From: Pseudovirgaria hyperparasitica
Lineage: Eukaryota
DNA: 64,000 nt
Reading direction: 5' to 3' (one strand)
NCBI GenBank assembly: GCA_010093815.1
Contig: ML996574.1
Made by a program: the position numbers and the translations under genes. Positions 14,342 through 25,089 of the stretch are shown here, one piece after another. The notes under the pieces are model-generated. The model made no database searches and was not told the origin of the DNA. It saw only the letters and a list, made by a program, of their open reading frames with translations. Within the stretch, counting starts at the first letter, position 1. Each line of letters begins with the position of its first letter.

Positions 14342-15749
14342 TTCGAGGGACTCGAGAAGGTCTCGGTGTTTGCATGCGGGCGGCGCGTACCTTTGGGAGG
14401 GGTTTTGAGCTTCTAGTAAGTTGGGTCCAAGCTGATTGATTGATATCTTCACGAGCGAGGCGTCCTGGTTTATCAAGGAGGTTGGCATCACTTGCACGTG
14501 TTGCCAGTTATGTTGTAACCGATGTAGATTTACATAAAGTGCTCTTTAACTGTATGAGATAAGAGACTTTCAAGTTTGATCGAAAATCTAGATGTGCGTC
14601 AAAAAAAAGTCCTAACGCGTCCACAAAGAAGAACGGCAGGGTGGAGAAGACGTAGGCTCTGCTAAAAACCCTTTAACTTGCTCTTCCACTGTTTGATCAA
14701 TGATCAAGACTGCCATTCTGGTTGTTGAAGAGCCAGAACGCAGGTTTGCCGTGGTGATAACGATAGAGAAAAAAAATTGCTTCGAAATCCAACAAGATCT
14801 GATACATATTGTTCTGCCGGCGGAGGCAGGACGATTTTCCGGGCCGTGACTAAGCAATACCCGATCTCCGAGGTCTACCTAGAAACCTGCTGCAGCTTCG
14901 TTTACAATTCTTCTCTCTACACACACTTTTGACTCATATAAATCAACCGCCATTCACCAATCCTCGTAGTTTGAACGGTCAGATTGGGTCGCCATATTAA
15001 TTTATACAAAAGGCACATTTAGACTTGCGAACTTTGCTCGCCATAGTTCTAGCATAGCCACCTGCGTGCCTTACAACCCGATGGGAAAGTCATCAAATAG
15101 TACTAAAATAAGCCTGTAGTTAGTATCAGGTGGACTTGATGTATGCATCTTCACTGTTGTGTGGTAGTTGAAGAGAACGCAAGCCGTTTAGGATCATATC
15201 AAGCTATAGATAATAATAGAGACGGCCCCTTTCCCATGCATCCCAGGCTGGATTGAAACGCACCTGTTTCGCGGGCCGTGTGGACTGTGGACAGGACAGG
15301 GGCATTTCCAGCGCGGATCCGGATGCACCGACCTCTCCTGTATGAGAACCATCAGCTTTTGGCCGAAGGTATAATGATGCAGTCCTCTAGAATGCGCCAA
15401 TAGCCGCACTCACGCTGTAAGCAACAGTAGCAACTTATGGGTTGGAGGTCTATCGGAACGCGCCCATTTATACCCTTGTAGTAAGCTTTTCCCTGGTCGC
15501 CAGCGCCAGCTCATGCGACCCGTCTACCTCAACAGAGGTCGCCGTCCTACGTCTCACTACCTCCCCGCCATGCCGCATCTTCATTGACATTGTATCGGTT
15601 ATCATCTTTGGAATTGCTACTGCTGTACACGTTCCTGGAAGTACCTACCCCTCCTTCCATAGCGCGCTCGATTTGGACCTACTCGCGCCTGCAGAAGCAT
15701 TTCAAAGCCTCAGACTGTCTATTTCCCCGGACTACAACTTGGGTACACC

Positions 15750-18011
15750 ATGGTGGCTTCATTGACGAAGCGCCAGGCACAGCGTAATGAGCTCGCGCTT
15801 CAGAATTTGCTCAAAAATATACCAGGAAACAACGAGTGTGCAGACTGCCGAGCGCGAAACCCAGGTAAGCCTGTCCACAGGAGAACTATTTTACCACGCC
15901 CCCAATACGATGGTATCCGCTGACATTGAATCGATAGGATGGGCGAGCTGGAGTGTAAGTCCTCAAGTGCCCTCGATCCCCCCTCGCGAGCATAGACCAT
16001 TCCTCTTCGACCTCAGCCTGTCTTTACAGACCCTTGCCTACCGTCGAACACAACATCTGCTAACAAGTTTGGCTACAGCTTGGAATATTCCTCTGTTTAC
16101 GGTGTGCTACTTTGCATCGCAAACTAGGGACGCATTTGTCGAAAGTCAAGTCAATTAGTATGGACCAATGGGGCAATGAACATGTTGAGGTTCGTTTTGG
16201 TGTTGCCAAGCAAAGAGTCGCAAATTCTAACAACCTGGTAGGCAATGAAAAAATATGGGAATGTAGAGTCGAACAAGAAGTATAATCCTCAGAACGTCAA
16301 ACCTGACATACCGATTGACGTCGATGAAGTTAATGGGGCGATGGAACGCTTTATTCGACAAAAGTATGAGAAAAAGAGCCTCATGGACGCCTCTAGACCG
16401 GGAACAAGACAAAACACAGGCAGTACAAGCTCGGTCGAGGGCAAGCCGCCGCCATTGCCGCCAAAACCGACCAAGCGCTTCGGTTTGGGTCTTCGATCAA
16501 CGTCATACCAGCAGTCAGTCTCACGGGCCGACAGCCACTCCGCAACAGGGACGCCCCCTGAATCCAGACATGATCGAGATGCATCACCACCACGGGTCAC
16601 TAAGGCGTCTAAAGTTTTCGGCTCTGATGTGGACAGATCTCAAGACCCATATGCAAACCAGATGCAGGCTTTGCGATCACGGGGTTTTGTTGACGAGACA
16701 CGCAACGCCACGGTCCTCAGGAGTATGAACGGTAATCTAGAACGCTCCATTGACGTTCTACAGAGGCTTTCCCCAAATCCACAGCCTCCAAATCCCCCGG
16801 TACCTGAGAAAGCAGGAAATACGAATGGTATATCGATTCAGCAGAATACAGACCCTTTCCAGGCCCTAGACAGCATACCTCAACAGCCCACAATTCAACA
16901 GCATGGCGGTCAAGTGCATGCACAGCAGCCAGTGCAACCTTCGAATCCATTCCTTCACATGTCGTCCGCAACATCCCTAGAGCAAACCATGCAAAATATG
17001 CATATTGCACAGCCTCAGCAGCAGCAACCAGCACTTTTCCCACATAGTACCGGTGGCTACAACCAGACAAATCAATATCAGTCTAATCCTTTCATGAACT
17101 CCTTCACACCGCCGCCCATAGTTCAAATGCCACCTCAGTACAATTCTTTCATGGCGCAACAAGCCACTCCTGGGCATCAACAATCCGCGTCTCCGGTCTC
17201 TGCCCAATCGTCTGGAAACAATCCGTTCTTACGATCAAGCCAATCGCAACCTTTTACGCCGCATCCATTCAGCGTTCCCAACAATCACGTTAATGCCCAG
17301 CATCAGCAACAAGCTCACAACCAAAATTGGACTCCTGCACAAAGCACATCGCCTTTCAATCCATACCAAGGCTATCAGCCTCCACAGACACAGTCACCAA
17401 ATCCGTTTCTACAGCGTCAACAGCAAGATCAGCAGCAGCAGCAGCAGCAACAACAGCAGCAACAGCAACAGCAACATCAGTACCAGCAACACCAGTACCA
17501 GCAACATCAGTACCAGCAAATCACGACGCCTTTTCAGCCATCTCAGGCACAAGAACAGGCCATTCTTTCTCATTATCAGCCGCAGTTTCAAACCCAGCAG
17601 CCTCAACAGCCCCAACAGCCATATTTGCCACGGCATGACAAGGCCTCCATTCTATCGCTCTACCGTCAACACCCATCCACTACCTCTCCACAGACCAGCT
17701 CACCAAGCACGCCTGGGGACATATCAAGTCCTAACGCCCAACGACGTGCTGCGACCATGCCTGTTTTGACGAGTGCAATTAATGGGGGTAGTGTGCCCTT
17801 TCCTGGGGCGGCAGTCCAACAGCAGCAACAACAGACTCCTGACCAAGTACCGATCGCCGTACCCGCTCATAACCCTTTCATGGCAAACCATGGTCGGGGA
17901 GGTATGCCCAAGGCTGCCGATCCAAGCCGTGAGAGCGTGGATTTTCGGTCGCTTATGGCTGGCCGGCACAGCCCGGATGCTTTCACCGGTCTGAGCGCGA
18001 CATACAGATGA
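15750..18011 (+). CDS. ArfGAP protein with UBA domain and NPF-rich, Q-rich tail (Gts1/Ucp3-like)
   Basis: MVASLTKRQAQRNE..PGNNECADCRARNPGWASWSLGIFLCLRCATLHRKLGTHLSKVKS (C4 zinc finger + catalytic Arg) across introns 15865-15937, 15955-16078, 16190-16241; UBA-like LRSRGFVDETRN..; several NPF motifs. Confidence 0.9.
17419..17519 (+). repeat. CAG/CAA poly-Q tract followed by three 15-bp HQYQQ units (coding microsatellite)
   Basis: cagcagcag..caacagcagcaacag.. then (cat/cac cagtaccagcaa)x3 inside the ArfGAP ORF. Confidence 0.9.
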
Positions 18012-18672
18012 GCGCGCGAAAATATAGACTCTCATAAATGTATATATCTGTGCATAAGAGCTGGAATGTGTGACATGGTTTGTATGTGTCTGGACTGTAA
18101 TGGTTGTTGTTGCGATTGTAGACAGCGGGAAAAGGTTAATGTTATGGTCTTACGAAAAATTGGTCGATCTAATGTTCTGTAAATATGTACCTTTGTAACT
18201 CACAGAGCTTAGTTCCGAACAGATACCAGATGCGGTCGTACTTTCTGCCTACTAGGCTAAGATACCATGGTTAAGGTCTAATTACCAAGAGAAGAACGTG
18301 TACGATAAAGGCTGGGCAGTGGTTGGGATTGAGGCTGGGCGTGTGCGAAAGACTATATATCGTGCCAGATTCCCTTATGGCTATTTATTTTGAGGTCCTT
18401 TTTAGATTCATTCGTCTTGTTCCCTGCTAACCGTCTCCAATCGTTTGCCTCATTACCTGTCTGTGTGAATCTCTGTATCTCCGGTATCCGCGCATGAGTT
18501 GACAACCATCGCACCAGCCCGATTAGGTCTACCAATGTTGGATGTGTTGAATCTCCTACATTCACAACTTGTCCAAAAGGCCATGTGTCTCTTTCTTTTC
18601 GTATCATTCCAGAGTTGAACTCTATATCATACTGTTTCAATATTTCTAGAACTGACCGATCCTAACTCCAGA

Positions 18673-19485
18673 ATGGCAAATAACGCCAACTTGGCCTTGC
18701 TTATTGACGGCGAAAACATATCGCCCAGAATTCTCACCGGTCTCATGGCTGCGGTCGTAGTCAATGGAGACGCGGTTGTAAGACGTATGTACGCAGATTG
18801 GACGGATCCTTCCTTCAGTAGCTATAAAGCACACCTCCGCGCTCACTCCATTACCCCAGTCCAACAACACACCTATAAGACCACCAATAAAGCCACCCAA
18901 GGTGTCATGGTCACTGAAACAATGATTCTCCTGCGCCTCGGCCGCTTCGCAAGCTTCTGCATCGTCTCAGGCAACACTGACTACACTCTTCTCGCAGCCC
19001 ACATCCGAAAACAGGGGGTCGCAGTGCATGGCTTCGGAGCACGCAAGACAAGTTGCGCTTTCATAGCAGCGTGCACAAATTTCACGTATTTCGATGCGCT
19101 TGACGTGGACATGGATAAGTCGCCGGAGCAGCAGCAGCAAGTACTTCCCCCTTCGACGGTCCGTCCCAGCTTCACACTGGCGTCGCAACAGACTCCTACG
19201 CAGGGTCCCGTCAGTGATGCATCCAAGACAGCTTTGACTCCAGTATTAGTCAAATCGCTCAGGCTTATCGTCGTGCAGATCGTCCCGGATTGGAACGAGC
19301 CCTATACCAGTGTGGCAGATGTGGCCAAGTATCTCTCGACCATTGCCCCTAATTTTGACGTGCGAACATATGGATTCGAGCATTTAGGCGAGCTGCTGGA
19401 GACATCGGGATTGGTGGATGTGAAGAAGATGTCCGTGGTTGGACAGGCTTCGGTCGCCCTTGTCCGGCTGAAAAAGAGAGTTTGA
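18673..19485 (+). CDS. NYN (PIN/LabA-DUF88-like) domain + C-terminal OST-HTH/LOTUS domain protein
   Basis: Intronless 270 aa: LALLIDGEN, VRRMYADW, FCIVSGNTDYT.L...IRKQG.AVHGFG, AACTNFTY; C-terminal NFDVRTYGFEHLGELL. Confidence 0.88.
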   Translation: MANNANLALLIDGENISPRILTGLMAAVVVNGDAVVRRMYADWTDPSFSSYKAHLRAHSITPVQQHTYKTTNKATQGVMVTETMILLRLGRFASFCIVSGNTDYTLLAAHIRKQGVAVHGFGARKTSCAFIAACTNFTYFDALDVDMDKSPEQQQQVLPPSTVRPSFTLASQQTPTQGPVSDASKTALTPVLVKSLRLIVVQIVPDWNEPYTSVADVAKYLSTIAPNFDVRTYGFEHLGELLETSGLVDVKKMSVVGQASVALVRLKKRV

Positions 19486-19909
19486 GTTGCAAGCGGAATC
19501 ACCCAGTGTGCACTTCTCCTCTAGAATAGAGCAAGGGGGCGAGAAGAAAAGAGTTATTCAAGGTTGTAAAGTGAGTGGAGTGGAGTTTCGTATACTACCT
19601 ACAAATGGATAATTGGCGGTATGGCGTTTATCATCGGACAAGGGGTACACTGACTACTCTCTGGAAGCGGTTTTCATGCGTTTCATATCTATCAATCATT
19701 CATTTGTAGCAGAGAAATCAATTCATGTAATGTTTCAATTTATTGATCGTGACTATTATACATTCCCGTACTCCTCCTAATGCTCAGCAAACTCCTAGCG
19801 CTTGAAGTACAGATTCAGGACGAAAAATTCAGAGGTCGTCGGTCGTAACTTGACCATTGAAAGGAAGCAGAAGCCCGAGATGGTCATAATGGGGTTTAGA
19901 ACCCTTCGT

Positions 19910-20527
19910 CTACTCGATGTTGATCTTCTTGGACATCGGTTTTCCTGCTTTGGGAACGACGACACTGAGGATACCATCCTTCAGACTGGCCTTGACAGCG
20001 TCCTGGTCAACTCTCGCAGGAAATGAGAAACTGCGGTGAAATTCGCCGACGGAGCGTTCTGAGACCCAAAACTTGGGGGTGTCAGTTTTGGGTGTGACCT
20101 GGGTGTTGGTGTTGGTCCTGGTGATCTGGCCAGTGATTTCAGTTTTCGGCGTTGAGGACTGTTCTGTGGGGTCTTCTTCGACAGTCGGCTTATGGTATCC
20201 AGAGTCGTTTTCTTTGTTGGCGTCTCCAGATTGCTCGATCAGTCCAGCAGCATTTGGACGTGTACCTTCTTCACGAATAGATTCGGTGCGGCCGGAGATG
20301 GAGATAGTGTTGCTGTCGGCCCATTCGATGTTGATGTCCTTCTGGGCAATGCCAGGAAGTTCTCCGTGGAGCTGATAAGCTTCCTTGGTCTCGGAAACAT
20401 TGAACTTGGGTGTGAAGCTAGGCAAGGATGACTGCGTGCGTGCAGTCTGCATTGCGCGGTCATACTCGTCGAAGATACGGAAGAGCGGAGAGAACTCCTG
20501 GGTGAAGCCGCGTGGGAAGAGAGACAT
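19910..20527 (-). CDS. HSP30: Small heat-shock protein Hsp30 (alpha-crystallin/Hsp20 family)
   Basis: MSLFPR..FSPLFRIFDEYD, FTPKFNVSETKEAYQLHGELPG, WVSERSVGEFHRSFSFP, ASLKDGILSVVVPK; intronless. Confidence 0.95.
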   Translation of the reverse strand: MSLFPRGFTQEFSPLFRIFDEYDRAMQTARTQSSLPSFTPKFNVSETKEAYQLHGELPGIAQKDINIEWADSNTISISGRTESIREEGTRPNAAGLIEQSGDANKENDSGYHKPTVEEDPTEQSSTPKTEITGQITRTNTNTQVTPKTDTPKFWVSERSVGEFHRSFSFPARVDQDAVKASLKDGILSVVVPKAGKPMSKKINIE

Positions 20528-20852
20528 TGCGCGAGATGGCTGGACTTTGTGGACTTTGGTTGCGAATGGTAGTTTGCGAATAGAGCAGCGAGCAGATTGC
20601 ATTAAGTGTTTTGAGAGTAGAGTTGCTGTTGATTGTCTGTTTGATCTGATGAAGGTCTGTCGAGACGCAGACCAACGCTGCCTTTATAGTTCATGCAAAT
20701 ACATCTCGAGCATACTGGAAGCCGCTGGAACTTGGTGGCCTGATGACTCTGGACATTGCTAGAAGGCAGGCGATGCTTCTGGCTATCGTGAATTACTGCA
20801 TTGGGCCGTTTGCGTAAGCATTGTAATTACGAACAATACATGGACGCGATGC

Positions 20853-20895
20853 TTCAAGAATGTTGGAGAAGCTCGGAGAAGCTCGGAGAATGTTC
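20853..20895. promoter_or_regulatory. Extended heat-shock element (HSF-binding nGAAn array) upstream of HSP30
   Basis: TTCaaGAAtgTTGgaGAAgcTCGgaGAAgcTCGgaGAAtgTTC: nine 5-bp units in register with four GAA at 10-bp spacing; TATAAA on the minus strand at 20683-20688. Confidence 0.8.
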
Positions 20896-21328
20896 GGGTG
20901 TAGAGTCAAAGTGATTCAGTTACGGGGTAGCTGACTCAGCACTACAGGTCTGCCAGGTGCCCAGGTGGCAATTGGCAATTGTCGATTTTGCCTTTGATCT
21001 TTCGGCCATGTTGATAGAAGCGAAAGAATCCTTTCAAGGTATTCAACTGCTCACCATCACTTCGACATATAGATGATTTGGATTCCGGATAGTCAGATTG
21101 CGGGTCGTCTCGTGCCCTTGCAGTAAAGACCCAGGCTACGAAGAGCGCTCGTTAGTCTAAGCGACAAAGATTCGGTCGTTACTATGGATTGAGTGGTCAG
21201 GGAGCGTAACGTTCGGCATCTGACCTTTGCTGGATCCTGGGTCAACCCAATGAGTGAAGCGAACGGCCCATTTGCAACATACGCCTCCTCATCCCTAAGC
21301 CGAGTGCTCCTTGCACCGTGCGACACGT

Positions 21329-21688
21329 TTAATGAGATACATTTCGGATTCCTGGGTCAGAGTAGATCTCCAGCTGGCGGTGCCCTTTTCGAAGCATGTA
21401 TTCAATGGAGCCGAAGTCCTTCTTGTTCAAAGACAAATTTTTGCGGAATTCGATCCTAATAACCATCAGCAAAAGTCAACATTACCCCAGTCTCTGAGAA
21501 GTCAAGCCCTACCGTGCAAACTCACGGAAGTTTTCCCTGGTCGACTACCAGTGCCACGCTGTCAGTTACTGTACTCGTGACCAATGTTATAGTGACGCGT
21601 TAGTTACCTCTGGCTTTGCCCTTACTGCGCGCAAGCATTGTCGATAAAGTGATAATACATCCTTCTGCAGTCCAGAGAGCCTTGCCAT
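21329..21688 (-). CDS. SDH6: Succinate dehydrogenase assembly factor 1 (Sdh6/SDHAF1, LYR family; 79 aa; absent from ORF track)
   Basis: Exons 21688-21608, 21544-21513, 21455-21329 splice to MARLSGLQKDVLSLYRQCLRAVRAKPESTRENFREFARIEFRKNLSLNKKDFGSIEYMLRKGHRQLEIYSDPGIRNVSH. Confidence 0.95.
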
Positions 21689-24378
21689 ATCTCTGTCTCT
21701 CTCTCTCTACGACGTCCCTGCTTGAAACGCTAATCTTCGATTTTACTTATAAATACTGAAGACAAAGTGTACAGATGATGGCAAAGAAGCACACAGGGCA
21801 GCAACATTGAACAGTCTTGGACAGCTGCCGAGAATGGTCCGAGCGTTTGTGCCTTGCAGCCCTGGCGTCATGGATGGAAACCAAGCCTTGGACTTCGGCC
21901 CGAAGCGCAACTCATTCTCTCAACTGTCGCATCTATATTTGATGCCACGTTCGTCTCAATTGCTCTCGATCCTTATTATTCAGTAAGCATCTGACACGTT
22001 CACGCTGCACCAACGTTCAATTCGGAGCACGAACATGTCATCATGGACACACTCTGGTCCTACGCCGAGTCCCTGAAGCCAACAAGAAAAGTTATCATGG
22101 ACGCACAAAGTCTAATCCAATACCACCCAGAAAAGTCGAATGCGTGTTCGCTCGACCTTGCGAACTCTACTTTCTCCTCTACGTAACTTTCTGGTACATA
22201 TTTTCCTGGGTTCGGACGTGATGGAGACCGCTGGACCTAATTCAATGCATCTCAACTGGAACGACTCTCGGACGCCAGGTTGACTTCTCGTCCGGTACGC
22301 CATCAGCCGGCGTGCGACCAGGCCAAAAGCCTGTTGACGCCCATCCATCTATACGCAACGACAACAACACAGTTATGTCGACTCCGCAGGCACTATCAAT
22401 TTGTGGCCTTTCCAGACTCTCCTTGGGCCATTCGTCAGACGGTACACCTACTTTGAAAGTCTATGATACATCGCATACTGTGGTCGAATTATTCAACAAT
22501 CAATCCGACTCTGAGATCAGTGTGATATGTTCAGTGGTTCTTCCAAACTGGCCATTAAATCTTTCACCAAGAAACAACAGTTGTATCTCCATCTAGAACT
22601 ATACTGTGCCGTTTTGAGAGACGATTATATTGGTCCGACATGGCCATACGGCAAAGGATTGTAGCACCAGATCGGGCTTGTCGTCTTACGTGGTCATTTG
22701 GACGTTGACTGTTGAATCCGGATTATCGTCAACTCCCTCCAGACTAATGGGCTCAGGAGACCATTCGAAATACATCCGGGGTGATCGGCAGTTCATCATA
22801 CAACGGCTATCGATACATCGTCGAGTGAGCGCATTGTGTCATAATATCCAGTGTGACGAGACTCTCCAGTGCCGATACAGGGCGCGGATAGTGACAGATG
22901 CTCGAGCATGGTCGGTCTATGCTCAAGAAATGGTTGAGAGGCCTACAGACATGCCACGGCAGCTAACATTTGACGACGACAGCCCATGATTTGAAAACAC
23001 TATAATAACAAAACTATGCAATATCATGTTCATATGGAGTCACTATTAGCACAGATACACATAGCACAGAACCATGTAGGACTAGTATCAGCACCCTTAT
23101 CGCTTACGATCGGCGAGAGATCTGTCACCAGCGAGTATTACGCATATCTGTGATACATATGCTTTATCATGTCTTCTAGACGTGTAGTAGCTCAATACGG
23201 TCCAAAATCTGCAAGCCATCGCCAGACTTGAGAAGAAACGTTGCTACGTGGCTGAGAGTTGCCTACTTAGACTTTTCAAAAATTAGGCGCAAGAGGGCAC
23301 TGCCCCGCATTGCATATATATGCCTGTACAGCAGGGGATGTCATGGCCTACGTCTCTCTGACGCCACAACATATGGGGCAACGTGGGGAGTTGAGATGCG
23401 TTTTGTCTCCATGCTTCGCAGCCATATGGATCTCTATGGCGCATGGTCGACCCATACCACATGCCGCTGCTTAATGCAAGCAGCCGTCGCATGGATAGTG
23501 TGTCGCATGACGCTGCGGTATCAGAACGGTAAACGTACAGGTCGTAGTATGGCCATTGCAACTGATCACAGATCCCTAGGAAGCTAAAGACTGTATCTAT
23601 GTTGGCTACTATTGAACTAGAGCAATCACGTTGTGGTCTCAAGACACTGCATATTACGTCAAGGTAATTGTCTAGAACACCTAGCTGCTCTAACTTTAGC
23701 ATGAATCTGACTTTCCATCAAACTGTGTGTCTTCACAAGACAAATACTTTTCGCTTCGTTTTACAACAAAACGGAACATTGAGCTCTGGAAATGGTAGGA
23801 AATACAAGAAGCTACGAAGAACCGATGTTATGGTAGAGGGGTCTACGATAGTCTCATCTCGGCATTTTGATGACAACTACCAGCACATATAAGGCGTACC
23901 GATGTGTTCGTTTGACTATAAGCACTTGGTGGGGAGACCCTCGCGTGTAAGCAGTGGTGACATATGGATCACGGGTAGGGGCGAGCTGAAGTAGGTCTGA
24001 GAAAAGTGAACCGAACACCTGAGAGCGAAACGAGTAAGAAAGAGCAAGGGTTTACCAACTGATTTGGGAGTGTGCAGCCTTGCACACTTCGGGCTGGGAT
24101 GACGACTGCCGACATGCTCGGGCAGAGCGACGGAAAGATGCGCTGCCAATCGGCTGTTCCGACACACCCCGAATGCTTGCAGGCTTGATGGCCGCAAAAC
24201 CAGTGCCAAAAAATGCCGTGGCAATGCTGGCAATGAACATCAGGCAAACATGTCGAGTACCTAGCGATGCAAGGACAGGAGCCGCGAACCGACGTGCAGG
24301 CGATCCGTGCGACACTTTGATTGTGAATGGAACGATTGTGAACGATACCGGACGCAAATTGGTGCACCATCTCCATCA

Positions 24379-25089
24379 TCATCCGTTGTTGTTGTTGTAA
24401 GATCTGTCGAACTGAGCCACAGCTCGTTGTGCATTCATCGTGTCATAACGAAAGTATAAAGACCATGGTGGAGAGTACTGCTGCGATTGGTAGGGATCTG
24501 CCGGGTGCTGAAGCTGCTGGTCTTCTGTTCCCCGGGATGTCGGTTCAGGGTGATCGACGTTCACATACATCGATGCAGAGGCGAATGAGTACAGACTAGG
24601 GCTTCGCTGCGACTGTGCGGCATGTCCCACGGATGAGGCATGCACGCATGTATCAGCGGTATCATTGTTCGTCGACTTGTCATCTGCTTCAGGGCCGTCA
24701 GCTTGTTGTCGGAGTTTGGTCTTAAGGGCCGCCTACCTAGATTAAAGGAGGTTTCCTTCAAAGGTCCTCCATTATGAGACGTGACGGGTTGTCGGCCTTG
24801 CTGAGGCTGGAGGCATAAGTGAGAAACGCTCTGGTCTTGTGCAACACTTGTCGATGATGCATCAGGTGTGGCGGGTGCGGTGACAATGCCTAGCTAAGGT
24901 AAGTCACACGTTGCAGGACAAGATGGAAGGCTCACGATGGACCGTGGATGGACTGAAGCTCTGCCAGTCGATAGATTGCTGATCTGGTGGATTTTCGAAC
25001 ACAACGATCCACGATCCTATCCCGCGAAGATCATGTTCTTGGAGTAACGAGCGATTGGCCCTAGTAGATGATTCTTCATTCCCTGCCAT
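24379..25089 (-). CDS. Hypothetical orphan protein (203 aa, 3 exons)
   Basis: Exons 25089-24936, 24889-24737, 24683-24379; introns GTGAGC..TAG (46 nt) and GTAGGC..GCTGAC..CAG (53 nt) both keep one stop-free frame; no recognisable domain. Confidence 0.55.

Noticed and set aside
19802..20762. Several + strand ORFs over HSP30
   Set aside because: Antisense frames typical of highly codon-biased heat-shock genes; no independent gene signals.
23283..23702. 139-aa minus ORF
   Set aside because: No recognisable domain or supporting splice structure; cannot be distinguished from a chance ORF.
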